A stretch of 64,000 nucleotides of DNA from Chrysomallon squamiferum (Eukaryota > Animalia > Mollusca). Location: assembly GCA_012295275.1 (NCBI GenBank), contig CM022665.1:28334001-28398000 (forward strand), read 5' to 3'. The position numbers were made by a program, and so were the translations under genes. Shown in pieces: positions 28,748 through 44,863 of this stretch. Position 1 is the first letter of the stretch. Every line of letters begins with the position of its first letter. The notes beneath the pieces were generated by a model. The model had not been told where the DNA came from and did not search any database. It worked only from the letters and a program-made list of their open reading frames with translations.

Positions 28748-28963
28748 TGACGTCATTTCTGTTAAAGAAAAATAAACTAATTAGGATATTGATACTTTTT
28801 ATGTCTCTTAAGCATACTGAAGATTTATAAAGTAAATTCGAGGAAACTTAGCAACACAATATTGATAATCGGATTTTCTTTCTTTCTTGCTTTCTTTCTT
28901 TTATTTTCTTTCTTTTATTATATATATATATATATATATATATTTTATTTAGTTTTAGTTTTA

Positions 28964-29013
<50 letters not shown>

Positions 29014-29080
29014 GTGTTTGTTTGGGGTTGTTTTTTGTTTTGTTTTTGATATATATTACAGTTTGCCTGTTTTTTTATTA

Positions 29081-29111
<31 letters not shown>

Positions 29112-29327
29112 TTTTTTTTTTATCAACTTTTCTTTGATTTTTAATTTTAGAAAAAATAAATAATAATAATAAGAAGAAATAATTAATAAAAAAAAAAAAA
29201 AAAAAAGGAAGAGAAAAAAAGGAGCGGATACGGAATTTGAAAAAAAGCAGTTACCATTGTTTTAAATAGATTAAATCAGGATATGATAAGAAAAGAAAAA
29301 CGTCAATCTGTGTGGGTGCGTGTACCG

Positions 29328-29367
<40 letters not shown>

Positions 29368-30312
29368 AGTGCGCGCACGCACTCTTTCATACTTGCATTG
29401 CCTGTCCTTACTTAATCTGACATTGTTATGATATATTTTTATAGTGGAAATGAGTGATGGTTTTTTTCTTCATTCACTGAAATAGGTACGTGTGGATGTG
29501 TTTGAAAACACACTGTTTACGTGATCAGTTTCACGTCGGCTGATAGATAACTCGATGTGTTTCTTCTCGCGTTTTAAGAAAATCTCATGTAAACATTATC
29601 TGACACAGAGCACGCTGTATCACATACACAGATAGTAATAATATCTTGACCAAATTCCGAAAGGCATCCAGGGAACGGTCTTTATACATGCATACAAACG
29701 AACGTACCTACATAAATACATGCATGCATACCATACATACAAATGAGCATAGATACGTACAAACGTACATACATATATACATACATACACACGTAGATAT
29801 ATATTACTGGTTTTTTTTTTAACCTTTACTTTTAAATGTATTAATGAATGAATGAATGAATGAATGAATGAACAAACAAATTAATACTGTCTCATGAAAC
29901 TGAATTATATTTTAGTATTAAAGGTTATAGTAGTAGTAATATCAAACAGCAACTGTCGTCGACTATTGATTTAAACGCAAACAGCCCAGTGAACGCACCA
30001 AACAGGACTGATGATGCAATCTGTCAGAACGTAGATAAATAGCTTGTTGCTTTCTTGCAACAGCCACGCCCACTGGCACTGGTCAGAGAGCGTGACCGCC
30101 ACAGGTGTGATTCACGTCAGCTTGTTTCGATTAGTTTTTCACATGTGCTCTCTCACGTGCTTTTTGTCAGCGTCGACGTCGTCAGGATTGTTCAGGACAG
30201 ACATACAGTTACTAACGAAGTCCTGGTGTTAAACGTAACGGTAACATAGTTTAAATAACCACCTTCCTTTCGTTTATCCATTTAAGTAAACATAATTATA
30301 CACCTGTAAACG

Positions 30313-30348
<36 letters not shown>

Positions 30349-31051
30349 GTAGATAGATAGAAAGATAGATAGATAAACATGTTTAACTCACGGGAACTTT
30401 CGGCCATTTCAACGCTTAAATCTAAGATTATATCACAGTTTACTGTTGCTAGGTGGCGTCAGGCATTTATTGACGTCATATTAATCCCGTGTTAATCCGA
30501 AGAAAAATGATGTTTCTTCGAAACTAAATTGGTAAGTTCTGTTTGTTTAATAAATGCGAAAATGTTTCATAATACTGCTTTGGATATAAATATTCTATCT
30601 ATCTACTATTCCTACAACAGCAGTAATAACAACAACAACCACTGCTTCTACTATGTTCGCGACTACTACTACTACTATTTATCATCATCATCATCTAAGC
30701 ATATACGTCGAGAGAAAAATAGAATTAAAAATATTATCACTGCTGCTATAATACTATAATAATAATAATTAAAAAAAAGCAGCTATCAGATCTGTGACAT
30801 GAAACTGAATCAGACAAACAATGTTATGCGTCACCTATCAATCTACTAGTTTGTACTTACTACAAAGGTAAGAGATCTCTGTCAAGGTCAGATGATATTA
30901 ACTTACATACCTGTAACAAGCGTCACGAGCGGTAATCGTGCTGACTCATATCTTACCTGTACAAACACTCCTACGATGTCAACGCGGCTGTATTTTAAAA
31001 CTATGTAGAAAATAACGGTTATACGTGAATGTAAAATATCGCATGGTAAAT

Positions 31052-31698
<647 letters not shown>

Positions 31699-32939
31699 TG
31701 CCTCCCTCCCTCTATATGTATACGACATAAGCGGACTTAATTTATGCAGAGCTACTTAATTATGTTTTGTGTGTTTTATTATTTTTTTTTTTTTTTCCAT
31801 TAAATGTTTTATGTATTTTGCTTGTTTTCATATAACTATTTGTGACTTTTTGCGTGTCTATGCTTATTTTTCTTTTTAAATTTTATGTTTGGGCACTGGG
31901 TGTTTTTTTGTGTGACTGATGTTGTTTTCTTTTTTCTTTTTCTTCTTTGTTTTAATAAAGTTACATTCTGTATTTGCTGATTTATGAAACTCTGTAGTTA
32001 TTTTATCGATTTTTTGTGATAAGAAAAAAAAACAAGAGTAAGAATGAGCTTATTAATAAAGTCAAATATAAGATAAACATAATAATACAAATAAACATAA
32101 CTGATTTATTTTTACATCAATAACAATCACAACATCAAAAAACAATGTAATAAAAAAATAAAATAGTATTTTATTATTAAAAACATACATATACATTCGT
32201 TCGTACAATATGTACATCTGACAATAACCATTTTAAAAAGGTTCAACAGGTTCCTGAACTATAAAATGATAATTAAAAATAAAACAAGGAGAAAAAAAAA
32301 AAAAAAAAAAAATAATGAGACTGTTTTATATTGAAAGTAAATAAAAACAAATGAAGCCATCTTTAAGTAAAATAATGCCTATTGTTAAAGATTGTTTGTG
32401 TGAGTGTATATATGATATGTGAAAATCTATAAAATAAAAAATAGTTTACAAATCCTTGCAGCTTTGTTAAAGCTTCTATTTATTTATTTAATTATTTTTA
32501 TGAAGTTTACTTTACTTCATTTGTATTTATATATATACTAAAGATCTGGCATCAAAATATATATCTACTTTTTTAAAATAAAAAGTAATAAAATAAAATT
32601 CTAAAATTCTAAAATTCTACAAAAACGTAGCTTAAAACTGCTATACAGTATTTACCATCCACCATATTTTACTGTTTTATGACAACAACACAAAGATATG
32701 CTTTAGAGCCACACACACACACACACATATTTATAAACACAAGTATATTAATAGTAAACAACAACAGAACTATTTTTCGGTGGAGGTGATGACGGTTTTC
32801 GAACAAGTAACAGCTACAAATTCATCACGATAACAATGAAACAAAACAGAAACAATAAACATTTGACCATTTGTCAGTCACTGATAAATACCAAAAATAA
32901 TTTGTTTCTTAGTTAAATGTACCAGTACTGTCGTGTACG

Positions 32940-33013
<74 letters not shown>

Positions 33014-34353
33014 CACACACACACACAGACACACATACATACGCAGACGCAATATCAGTGTCACTTCTATTATTTACTGAACCTGGCTGGTACAGACCGT
33101 GAGAATAGACGATGGGACAGTAAAAACCGCTACATATTTATAAATGCTTATAACTTAACTACATAATTCATTTTATTTCTACACATTATAATGTGTAACC
33201 CATGGCAAGTCGACATTCAAAAAATGATTCGAAAAAAGGTAATGAGAAGAAAAAAAGAAAAAGATTAAAGTGTCAGTGTTACAGAACTCTAACCCACTTC
33301 GTTATTAGTGACGCGCCGTGTTAGTAGACAAACAACTGAACCACAGAATCGTATACACAGTCACGTCAAACTTGATTACAGCTCGTACATAAGTGACACG
33401 AAGTTTTTTTGGCCATGTCAAGTTATGCTCGCAGTAATGCATATAATTACCCATGTTAGTAAAACATGCAGAAAAACGTTATTTTAAATTTATATAAAAA
33501 TGTGAGTAAAACGTGAATATCATATCACTGTTTTCTTTTACTTTTTTTCTCCTTTTTCCTCTTTTTTTTTTTTTTATTTTTTATTCTTTTATTTTTAAAT
33601 GAATAACGCTAGAATTATTTCTGAAGACATTTGAATTATATCTTTCAAACAGTTACTACAAAAGACTTTAATCTCCCTGCTTGATATTTGTCTAGTATTA
33701 ATTTTCAGAAACACTTTAGCTAATTTTAATGGTAAAAAATGGAAATCTTTATTTTTTTTTTTTTTTTCTGCTAGACGTTCGTGAAGAATCTTACTTAAAC
33801 TAACATATTCTTGATAGAGATTTCATAAAGTTTTTTTTTTTAAGTTTTTTTAATCTCAATCAAGACTTCTCATGCTTACAATTTCTTCAAAGTTTTGTGT
33901 ACATTCTGAATTAAATCGCTTATTCTGTGGTTTCACAAAAAAAAAAAAAAAAAAAAAAATTCTTAAATCTGGAACATGTCTTTTCATGCTAACACTTTCC
34001 CTAAATATCTTAATTTAAGAGATTATCTTTTCATGCTAATCGTTTTCTCAAAAAGTCTGCTGCATTTAAATCGTATCTGTTCGTATGCAAAACAATTTCC
34101 CCAATAAACGTCATCAAAATGACGACACGTTCACGCTAGCAGTTTCTTTAAATGTCTTTTCTTCACAAAGTCTTTATCTCTTGTCCTTACTTGCGAACAA
34201 ATTTCATTGAAATTCTTCACACGAATCCTGTGTGTTTCTGTCACAGACTTTGTAACAGACTATACACTATAACATCATCGTCCGATCACGTAAAGTTTTT
34301 TTCTTTCTCGCAATTTGCTTTTCGTCATCACGTTTCTAACGTGTAGCGGCCTC

Positions 34354-34494
34354 TCAAGAATTGTTGAGTTTTCTGATTTTCGGACACACTATGTGATGAA
34401 CTTTTATCACTTCTTCAAGATGTTCTCTCTCGTCCTGCAGCCTCTGAACCTCGTCCTGTAGAGACAGTCTGCGGTTTTCCAGACGTTCTATGTT
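34354..34494 (-). CDS. G2 last exon (zipper NIERLENRRLSLQDEVQRLQDEREHLEEVIKVHHIVCPKIRKLNNS*)
   Basis: Acceptor tttcag, 141 nt, heptad leucines, HxxxC, TGA. Missed by the ORF track. Confidence 0.92.
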   Translation of the reverse strand, partial: NIERLENRRLSLQDEVQRLQDEREHLEEVIKVHHIVCPKIRKLNNS

Positions 34495-34853
34495 CTGAAA
34501 TACACAAGTGGCAAAACTATTAGTGTTAACTGGGTAACTGAATGACGTTTGTCGTTTTGTTGTCTGTTTAGATATGTATTTGTTTTCTTCATTTTATTAT
34601 TATATCATCATCATCATCATCATCATCATCGTGACATTTGTATGAAAATAGATACTATAATTATTACTGTCATCATCATTATCGCCAAGTTATTTTCTTT
34701 TTCGTTTTACCTTCTTCAACTTCTCTTCCTGTCACTAGAAATTATTTTTATTCAATTTTATTGTCATTATCACACAATCCTCGTCTGTACGTTTACTTCT
34801 TAAAACAACACTGATATCAGCTAAAAATTATCTAATTTATTTAAAACACTTAC

Positions 34854-34961
34854 ATTTTCCAAATAGTCTATCTTTTTCTGTTTCTTCTCGCGACATTTTT
34901 GGGCGGCCAAACGATTTTTTTCTCTTCTCTCTTCGCGCTGTTTCCTTTCTTCTTCTGACAG
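34854..34961 (-). CDS. G2 basic-region exon (LSEEERKQREERREKNRLAAQKCREKKQKKIDYLEN)
   Basis: 108 nt, acceptor taacag, donor AAT|gtaagt. Canonical NxxAAxKCR. Confidence 0.94.
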
Positions 34962-35516
34962 CTGTTAGACAATGTATTAAAACATGTTAGAGAAAATCCG
35001 AGTAAAACAAATGAAACACACACAAAATTATAATTTAAAAAAAATGAAAATTTTAAAATATATTTTCTCTCTTTGTATATTATTTCAGTTTTATTTTATT
35101 TTATTTATTTTTTAAATTTTATTATTATTTTTATTTTTTATTTTTTTTAAAATGAAATTATGAATGTACAGAAACGGTCAGACTTGTACATATTTTTTAC
35201 AGCATTGATGATCATCAGTGAAAATCATTTATATATATATATATACACATACATATACACACACACACGTCTGTTCATACATTCATTTAGTTAATGTTTC
35301 AGTCATTTATTTATTTACTGTTTTATTATTTATTTATTTATCTATATATCATCAGTAACATCACTGGTATCATTATATTAACTTTTGTATCGCTGTTTGA
35401 CTGATATACTGTTATCATAGTGGTGGTCCTCAATTGATTTTTATATAGATTTTGTTAGTTTTTCTTTGGTGGTATGTCGCGGTTGTTTTCAAATCAGAAC
35501 TTCATTGTTTATTTAC

Positions 35517-35903
35517 CTTTTCGTCGTGTGTGGGCTGCTCGAAGATGACTTGCAATTCCCGCTTCCCAGAGTCAAGTCTTTTCTTCTGTATTCTCGACTT
35601 CAGCTCGACCTTGACAACGTCAGACACCGATTCCGCCCGAGATGTTGCCGTTAAACAGCTGTCCTGAAAAACATCCACGTCAGTGCTGTTGCTTTCGTCT
35701 TGCACTTCAACCACGCGGTCCATCCAGGGAGGGTTGCTTCCTTCGTCGCTGTAGAAGCTGTCAAAGAACTCGTCATTGGCATTCAGTCTGATGGTTGGCT
35801 CGATGCTGTCGTTTGACGTGGACGGCGCTGGATCGCCGTCGACGTTCCAGACACCAGAAGACATAATGTTGGTGAAAATCTCGTAAGCAGGAGAGTTCTT
35901 CAT
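35517..35903 (-). CDS. G2 ATF3/JDP2-like first coding exon (MKNSPAYEIF...SDVVKVELKSRIQKKRLDSGKRELQVIFEQPTHDEK); model join(35903-35517,34961-34854,34494-34354), 211 aa
   Basis: ORF 35502..35924 with ATG at 35903 just after acceptor tttctttccag. Donor AAG|gtaaat. KxELKxxIQxxRL motif shared with G4 and G5. Confidence 0.9.
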
Positions 35904-36155
35904 AACTGCTGGAAAGAAAACCAAAGTTTCATTAAGAAGAACGCAGCTGTTGTTAATCTGCAGGTGCTGTGTTTTCCAGCCAGGTAACAGTGAAAGTCAA
36001 GTCTCACACAGAGGAACGAGAAGCGTCACGTTAAGATTTACGTCAGCGTAGCACTGGACGGTTATTAACGTGCCACTTCAAAAACGCTGATACCCAAACA
36101 GCTAAAAATATCGATTGTAGAGTGACGATTAAGGCTTCGTGTAATTATTATGGAA

Positions 36156-36203
<48 letters not shown>

Positions 36204-36292
36204 CAAACACACACATACATACATTCATACATTCACACAATACATACACACACATACACACACATACACACATACATACATATACATACATA

Positions 36293-36420
36293 CATAGTGA
36301 TACAGGGATAAACGTCAATCTACCCATTCCATTTATAACATACATACAATACATACATACATAAACATACACACACACATAGTGATACAGGGATAAACGT
36401 CAATCTACCCATTCCATTTA
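36293..36420. repeat. Duplicated 43-bp unique island inside a CA/CATA microsatellite
   Basis: catagtgatacagggataaacgtcaatctacccattccattta at 36293-36335 and 36378-36420. Confidence 0.9.
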
Positions 36421-36439
36421 AACAAATACAAACGTTTAA

Positions 36440-36570
<131 letters not shown>

Positions 36571-37044
36571 ACACACAACACAAACACACAAACACATACA
36601 CACATACACACACACACATACACATACACACACATACACACACACACACACACACACAAACACAAATACACATATAAATAATATTAGACAGACATGCACA
36701 GACATACACACACCTACCTAATCTAAGTTATCAGTACCGGGTTACTGTATCAGTTCGTGTCCGGCATGGCACGACCCTGTAGAGTTTCAAACGTATTGCG
36801 AAATAGGCCACGTAGGATTGGTTCTGTTTACACCAAAGCCGTCAGTAAAGGTCTGTTTGATTTGGCTAAAAGATCAAGGACAGCGGCCTAATGCTATTGT
36901 TTGTATTTTATAGCAACCGAGCCTAGCAACCTTACAACAAACCAAAATAGTCTTGCTCCTTGCGTTTAATACTCTGATTAATTAATAATATAGAAATGTC
37001 AGATTAGGGTGTGTATGGAGGGTGATCTTTTAAATTTGTCCGGT

Positions 37045-37161
<117 letters not shown>

Positions 37162-37576
37162 TTATGGATATGTACGTAGGCTTACTTATAAACATTACGT
37201 TATATTATGTGAGTATGTAGACACACACGCATAACTATTAACACATACAGGTATACACATGAACATATACACACACACACACACACACAACACACAGTTT
37301 CTGACTTTCCTAATACTATATAATTACTGTCTAGTTTTAGACATGGCTATTTCAAACAAGCCTACAAAAATATGTCCTGATTCAACCACACCTTAGCAGG
37401 ATACACCCACTTTCTTTAGTATATCCTATTACATCATTATATATAAACTAATAATTATAATATTTTAAAAACAAAATAAAACGTTTTGCTATTGTATCAA
37501 TTTTATTTGCCTCCAATCCAGGAACATATAATGTAGATTTAAAATAATATATGAATTTTATAGATACGAATATTTT

Positions 37577-37630
<54 letters not shown>

Positions 37631-37808
37631 TAATGACTATGATGATGATGAAGATGATGATGTTAAATAAATAACACGGCATATTAATATTTCTACTACT
37701 GCAACTACTACTACTACTATTACTACTATTTTTGTATTGCTATTAGTTCAATTACATTTCTACTAATAATAATACTAGTCTTATAATAATAATAATATCA
37801 ACAATAGC

Positions 37809-37842
<34 letters not shown>

Positions 37843-37999
37843 TAGTAGAAGTAGTAGAACTAGTAGTAGCGCAGCATATTATACAGTTAATTAACTCTTT
37901 TTCTACATATTTTCACTTTTGAATACTATTTCGTCAGCCCTATTTCTCGCGACTGACTACGGAAAAATGAAAGAGAAACAAAGTCACGTGTTCACTTAC

Positions 38000-38140
38000 C
38001 TGATGGAAACAAGTTGTCACTGTCGAAACTGAATCAATCATCTCACAGTTGGACCGGCCAGCCTTTGATTTTAATTTTTGGATTAAGAAATCTGATAAAT
38101 CTGGAGACAACCTGTTCGTGGTCTAGGTATTTTGTGTCTA
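38000..38140 (-). other. G2 putative non-coding first exon
   Basis: Perfect donor CAG|gtaagt at 38000/37999. TATAAAA lies ~30 nt upstream of the estimated start, and the acceptor sits just before the G2 ATG. The 5' end is approximate. Confidence 0.6.
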
Positions 38141-38164
38141 AATATCAGGTATACCGGCTTGAGG

Positions 38165-38268
38165 TTTTATAGCAGGGAAACACTAAAAGGCTATATTTAG
38201 ATAGCGAGTTACCGCCGCACGTGACAACAGCCGATGTGTGACGTCACTATTTAGGTCAGGGACTTTCT
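38165..38268 (-). promoter_or_regulatory. G2 promoter: TATA, MEF2, E-box, perfect CRE, kB-like
   Basis: TATAAAA 38171-38165, CTATATTTAG 38191-38200, CACGTG 38218-38223, TGACGTCA 38239-38246 and GGGACTTTCT 38259-38268. Confidence 0.65.
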
Positions 38269-39419
38269 GGAAAGGTACATTATTACCAGTACACCAACCA
38301 GACCATCTGTAACAAAAAATAAATTTATTTAACCAAACTCTGTGATAATTTAAATTTTTATTGTAATTTATAACAGTTGTTGGTTTCAAATTATGCGAAT
38401 CTGTGGAAGTTTTGTGATTAAAGTAAGAATTTAAAACAGCGACGGCCGATTTTCACAGTTGACTTAAAAAAAAAAATGTTTTTACGGTGACTCAGGCCAA
38501 CGTGGCAGTTAGTCATAGAAATTTCATTCATACGGCTGAAACCTTTGATGTGTTGTCAACGATTGAAGGTCATTCGACCAAAACAATCTCGTTTCATCAT
38601 GCAGTCCTCACTATGGATAAATAACAATCTTCGATTTTTATTACTAAAAAAAAAAGAAGAGAAGAATATCAACATAAACATTTTTCATAAACATAATAAA
38701 TTTATCAGTCCATTCTGTTCTTCATTTAACAAATTAAAAATTAGCAATTTTATAATTACGATAAAAATAAATTCGTCTAGTCACCTATGGCAAATGTATA
38801 CATGTGTGTACGTATGACTAATGTTTCCTGTTATTAAATACGGGTATCCCAATTGTCACCCCACTCAATAGAGACATCTCTAAGTTATTAATATGTCGTT
38901 GTGGTCACTGCAAGGTAAGACAAACTTTATTAATTATTTATTTAATTAAAAACAGCTTTAATGCATTTATTGATTGGTGTAGGGTTTGCTATTTGCATTT
39001 ATATGGACATTTGTTTTAAATACATTAATGCAATTTCTCGTGTATGCAGTTATATGTGTGTGTGTGTGTGTGTGTGTACGTGGGGGGTTGTATTGATGGA
39101 TGATGGATGGGTGGATGTTCATATTTACATATACTTACGGCTTATATTTATAAAGTAATTGAATAATCGTATAAAACGGTTAAAACTGATGACTTAACAT
39201 TATTAGGTTAGATCGATGTTTGGACATTACTAATCAGTCGACATTAAACTTTTAACTGTAAATGAAATAAAAGATTTTTTAAATTTATTTATTTAACCAT
39301 CCCAGTACTGGATCGTTTGTCCGACAGTCTGTCCGTCAATCCTATTATTTGTCCGTCGCCAATCTGTCTGTTTTGGGTACGTTTTTGTTGTTGTTGATAT
39401 TGTTGTTATTATTACTATT

Positions 39420-39458
<39 letters not shown>

Positions 39459-40247
39459 ATTTTTATTAATGTTGTTGTCGCAGTAGTAATCATGGTTATG
39501 GTGGCTGTAGTTGTAGTAGTCGTTGTTGTGTAATATTCGTACTAGTAGTAGTAATTCGTAGTACAGGTTGTCGTTGTGGTAACAGTAGCTGCAGCAGTAT
39601 CGATGAGAGAGTTGTTTATTGTGAAGGAGAACATACATTTCTGACATGGATGTTTAGTCATTTGATCGTAATTGTTGAAATTCAGCTAAATCGCCATATT
39701 GTTATTGTCCAGTTTACGTATAACTGACAAGTGTTCGTAAACATTGAAAAATGACGATATTTGCTATTTATACACGTCTATGTTAATGGTTACTAATTCG
39801 ATATAAATAGAAATGACCCGCTATGACTAAGCACTGACGCATGCGCCTTTCGGACGTATCGCTTTTAGGTGATTCCCCTGGTTGAATTAGCTTTTAAAAT
39901 AAACGTGGCTTGTTAAAAAAACACAAAAAAACAGCAACGTGTAAGATCCTAGATTCGTCACGTACTCCCTACATATGACGCTATATATATATATATATAT
40001 ATAAAAAAATAGGCGTATGTATTTTATTATATTATTATTTATTTCTTTATTGTCCATTTATTTATTTATTTATTTATTTATTTTCAAAGCGTCTTCTTTG
40101 ATACTATTATATGTTTAATATAATAAAATATACCCTCTTTCCTGTTTTGTCTCTCTGTTTCATCTACATATTTATATTGGTGATGCACAGACAGACATGT
40201 ACTAAAGCCTAGGAAACAAGCAGACACACATATCTGTATAAAAATAT

Positions 40248-40339
<92 letters not shown>

Positions 40340-42221
40340 CAGTAAATCTCAGTATCATACCTTTTAAAATCTTTTTGCATACCTAGTCCAAGTTTATAAA
40401 CACCAATACCTTTATCAACATATTATTTTCACTTGTACCAAATATGATACTAAGTCGCTTGACCATATTTGGTAGGTACGCATTGTTGCTGTGTCATTTT
40501 GTTTCACTGCCTAAACGTCACGGATCGCTGGAGTTATGTGTGAATAGTTGTAGTCTTTCGGTGTCATTGATTTAGTTCCGGGCTCATTCTCTGTGTTGCT
40601 ATTGCTGTTGTTGTTGTTGTTGTTGTTAAACTGATTAGTTAGACAGACTATTGGTTCATCCAGACAGACACACAAGTATACACACACGCATACATACATA
40701 CATACACACATGCATACACACATACATACATACACACATACATACATACACACATACATATATACATACATATATACACACACATATATAATACATATAT
40801 ATATATATATACATACGCACGTACATACATACATACACACATAGATACATACATAAATACACGTATATACATGCATGCACACATACATACATACATATAT
40901 CTATATATATATATACACACACAAATACATATATGCATACACTCACATACACATTACACATACACACATATACATACATACAAACACACACATACATTCA
41001 TACTTATATGTATACACATAGATACATACATACATACATACATACATACATACATCCAAACATAAATACGTACATCTACCCATCCATCAATCCATCTATG
41101 CATAAACACTTTATATATTAATCATATGAATCGAATGAAAAATAAATTGTTTTCTTTCCTTCTGTTCTATTAATCAAGGTGAACTGTTTTAAGGTATACC
41201 TAATAGACGCACACTTTCATGCCGACAAGAAAACATCTACCTTTAGTGTGTTGGCTTAAACACACCATTATTATTGTTATCTGCCTTTATAAGACTCGAA
41301 CCGCGATATATCACGTGTGTCTCGTACTGCCTTGTATGGTTATCGATTAGCTCGATGTGGTCTTTCTCACAGTGGTGACTGTTTGAAATAGCCAGATAGA
41401 AAAAATCACGAAAGACCGAGTTATTATTTTTTTTTCTCTACGTAGTCAGCATGTTCGTTGTACAAATGTTTTCGAATGAAGATGACGTTCACATTACATT
41501 GGCCAATCTGTTTCAAAAGTGAGTATATGTTATCTTGACCGTGCGTTTTAATGTTATTACAAATGTTGTTTTTGCAGCTGCCGTTGTTGCTGTTTCATTG
41601 GGAAGTTTATTTTATTATTATATTTTAAACATAATAATTGTTATTGTGAGAAAATCTGCTTTCAAGTAGAGTATTTCATCAGCACAACATTTTATAGAAA
41701 TACACGACTTTGTCTTTTTCATTTTCTGTGTGTTTGTGCGTAACGCGTGTTTGTGTGTGTTGTGAGTTGTTGATTCACTTACGTTAAAACTGTATATTTT
41801 TGTTTCTCTTAGATATCAAAAAATGTTTCCAGTATTTTGAGCAGATTATGCTTCTTTGGAAGTTTTGAAATCTGTTTTTATAATGATTATGTTAATAAAT
41901 ATATTATTCCTTTTCTAACATTTTCTTCCTAATTTCTTACTTCTTTTTCTTTATTTCTTTCTTTCTTTCTTTCTTTCTTCATTTTGTTCTTTACTTTGTT
42001 TTACACAATATAATTTACGGTATATTGTTGCGTATTTAGCATGCAATGGTTTATTGCTGTTTTTGAATTCAGCGAGCTGTTTAATTTGTTTTTATAAACC
42101 ATCTGAAGAGAACATGTCTGAAAAAGCCATTATAGAGATATTTTGCCTTGCAATAAATAAATAAATAAAAATGTATGATATTTAGTAGTAGTAGTAGTAG
42201 TAACAGTTTTAGTAATAGCAA

Positions 42222-42272
<51 letters not shown>

Positions 42273-43025
42273 AAGCAGAAGTTTTAGTAACAGTTGTATG
42301 ACTGGAATTAAATTCAAAATAATAATTTAAAAATGTTTAATTATAAAGGTGATAAAAATCAATCAATTAATTAATTAATTAATTAATTAATAATAATAAT
42401 AATAATAATAATACAGTAGTAGTAGTAAAGAAAAAAGAAAAAGATGATGACGATGACGATGCTACTACTATTATTAATAAACAAATCAAAACAAAACAAA
42501 CAAACAAATAACAATAAATACATAAATAAATAAATAAATAAATAAATAAATAGGATGCTGGTAGGCGGGGACACGATCAGTTAAATGTGTCTGTCTCCGT
42601 GTATAATAATAACTTTTACTTCTAAATATATTTTCACGCTGTCACATCACAACACGTTACGTACTGCTGACGTCACGTGAAGTGTAAGTAACTTTAAATT
42701 TCTCAACAGTACATTTTACACATACGTATTCAGCAAGGCTAATTCAGTATTGTCCCCTGTTTATTTTATTTTATTATATTTATTTATTTATTTATTTATT
42801 TACAGTTGTTTTGTTTTTTAAGCTTTTTAATTGGGTTATTATTAAAAAATAAAACACATTCATAGATGTAGGTAAACGTTTATACTCACATACATTCATA
42901 CATACATACATAAATACACACAAATGATATTCTCACATACATTCATTTACTGAAAACAGAGACCTGAAGCGAAATATATATAACCACTGACACGCTACTT
43001 TTCTCACTTTACTTACGTACGATTA

Positions 43026-43140
<115 letters not shown>

Positions 43141-44729
43141 TTTATATACGCATATATAAACACATACGCTAACTATTTTCTATCAAATCGTTATTTTCTC
43201 CATTCCGTTCTTACTACTAGTACGGCCTACTTTTTCACGGCGGAGCAGACTGAATTAAAAGGACTTTCCCAGAGCAGTGTGTGACCTCATTATATAACGT
43301 CAGCGTGTGTGATTCTGTGCACGTACTAATTTTAAAACTAAACCTTTGTTTTGTTTTGTTCGTGATGGTCAATATCCGATTAATGTTTATGTATGCCAAG
43401 GAGAGATGAACACGGATAATATTATTTAAACAATTTTTTATTTATTTTTAATTTTAATTTTTTTTATTTTTTAGTTGAGAGTGTAAGAGTTTTTTGTTTG
43501 TTCTTTTGTTGTTTTATTTAGATTGTGTGTATAAGAACGAGAGTCAAATGCATGTAAGTGTATGTGTGCAAGAAATTGTTATCTAAATGTCAGTATTTAC
43601 GTAACTTTCTGTTGACCGTTTTTGTGTATGCATATGCATATGAGAGACATTATGATAGGTACGGAAAAGTACGTCTGTGTGCACATGAATGAAAAGAAAT
43701 AGGTTTTAATGTCATGGACATAAAATATTGTGCAATTTATGTGCGCAAACATTTTTTTTTTTTCGTCTTTATTTTATTTTATTTTTTTTTTTTTTTTTTT
43801 ATTATTATTATTTTTTTTTATTTATTTATTTTGTTTTTGTTTGTTTGTTTGTTTGTTTGTTTGTTTTTGTTTTTTTAAATATGAAATTCTTATCCACCTT
43901 TGTGTCTTTAATCCTGGAACTTTTGTATAAGAAATCATACTATTGTTGGTGGAGGAGTTAGTTTATTTTTGGTATACTCAGGATTTATTCCATTATTATT
44001 ATTTTAAATTTTATTTTTATTTTTTTTATTTTTTTTTTTATATTAACATTTCCTGACAATGTCCAGTGAAAGCTCGTTGTATATTCTCGCATGTTACGGC
44101 GACGTACAAGAAACGATTTTGATTTCAAGGTTTTTTGACAATTATACACAAAGTATTTGGTACCCCAAAAAACAACTAAATAAACTTGACCTTTTTCAAC
44201 AACAACAGTAACAACAACCATATATATTACATATATACATGTACATACATACATACATATACATATATAATGATGAATAAAAAATATAAAATAAATAAAT
44301 AGGCCAAATAACTGAAGAAAAAACAATGTCACTAACACTCTGGCGTGTGACAGTGTAACTACGTACGTGGGTGGAAAGATGACGACTGGTTCAAGATTTA
44401 ATCTGCATCGTGGGCGATTATAACAGTCACGTGATATCTATTTTAAACGATGAACATCACCTTGAACTAAATTATGTCAAACTGACCTAACAAACTTTTT
44501 GTACTATGTTTGTATGAGAGCCGGTCTGCATTATAAGTCCGTGTCCTATATAAAACAAATATTTCAATATACAGTGATTATAGTTATTGCTAGTGGTAGC
44601 AGCAGTAGCAGTGGCGGTGTAGTAGTAGTTGTTGTAATAGTAGCAGTAATAATAATTACATTAGAGATAACAGTAGTTCTTGTAGTTCAATCAGTAATGA
44701 CAGTAGTAATAAATTTTATGCTAATGGAT

Positions 44730-44832
44730 TAGTAGGAGTAGTAGTAGTAGTAGTAGTAGTAATAACAGTAGCAGCTGCAGTAGTAGTAGTAATAACAGTA
44801 GCAGCAGCAGTAGTAGTAGTAATAATAACAGA

Positions 44833-44863
<31 letters not shown>

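Noticed and set aside
36716-36912. Second TATA and alternative non-coding exon for G2
   Set aside because: The donor is weak and motif support is poorer than for the 38165 promoter.
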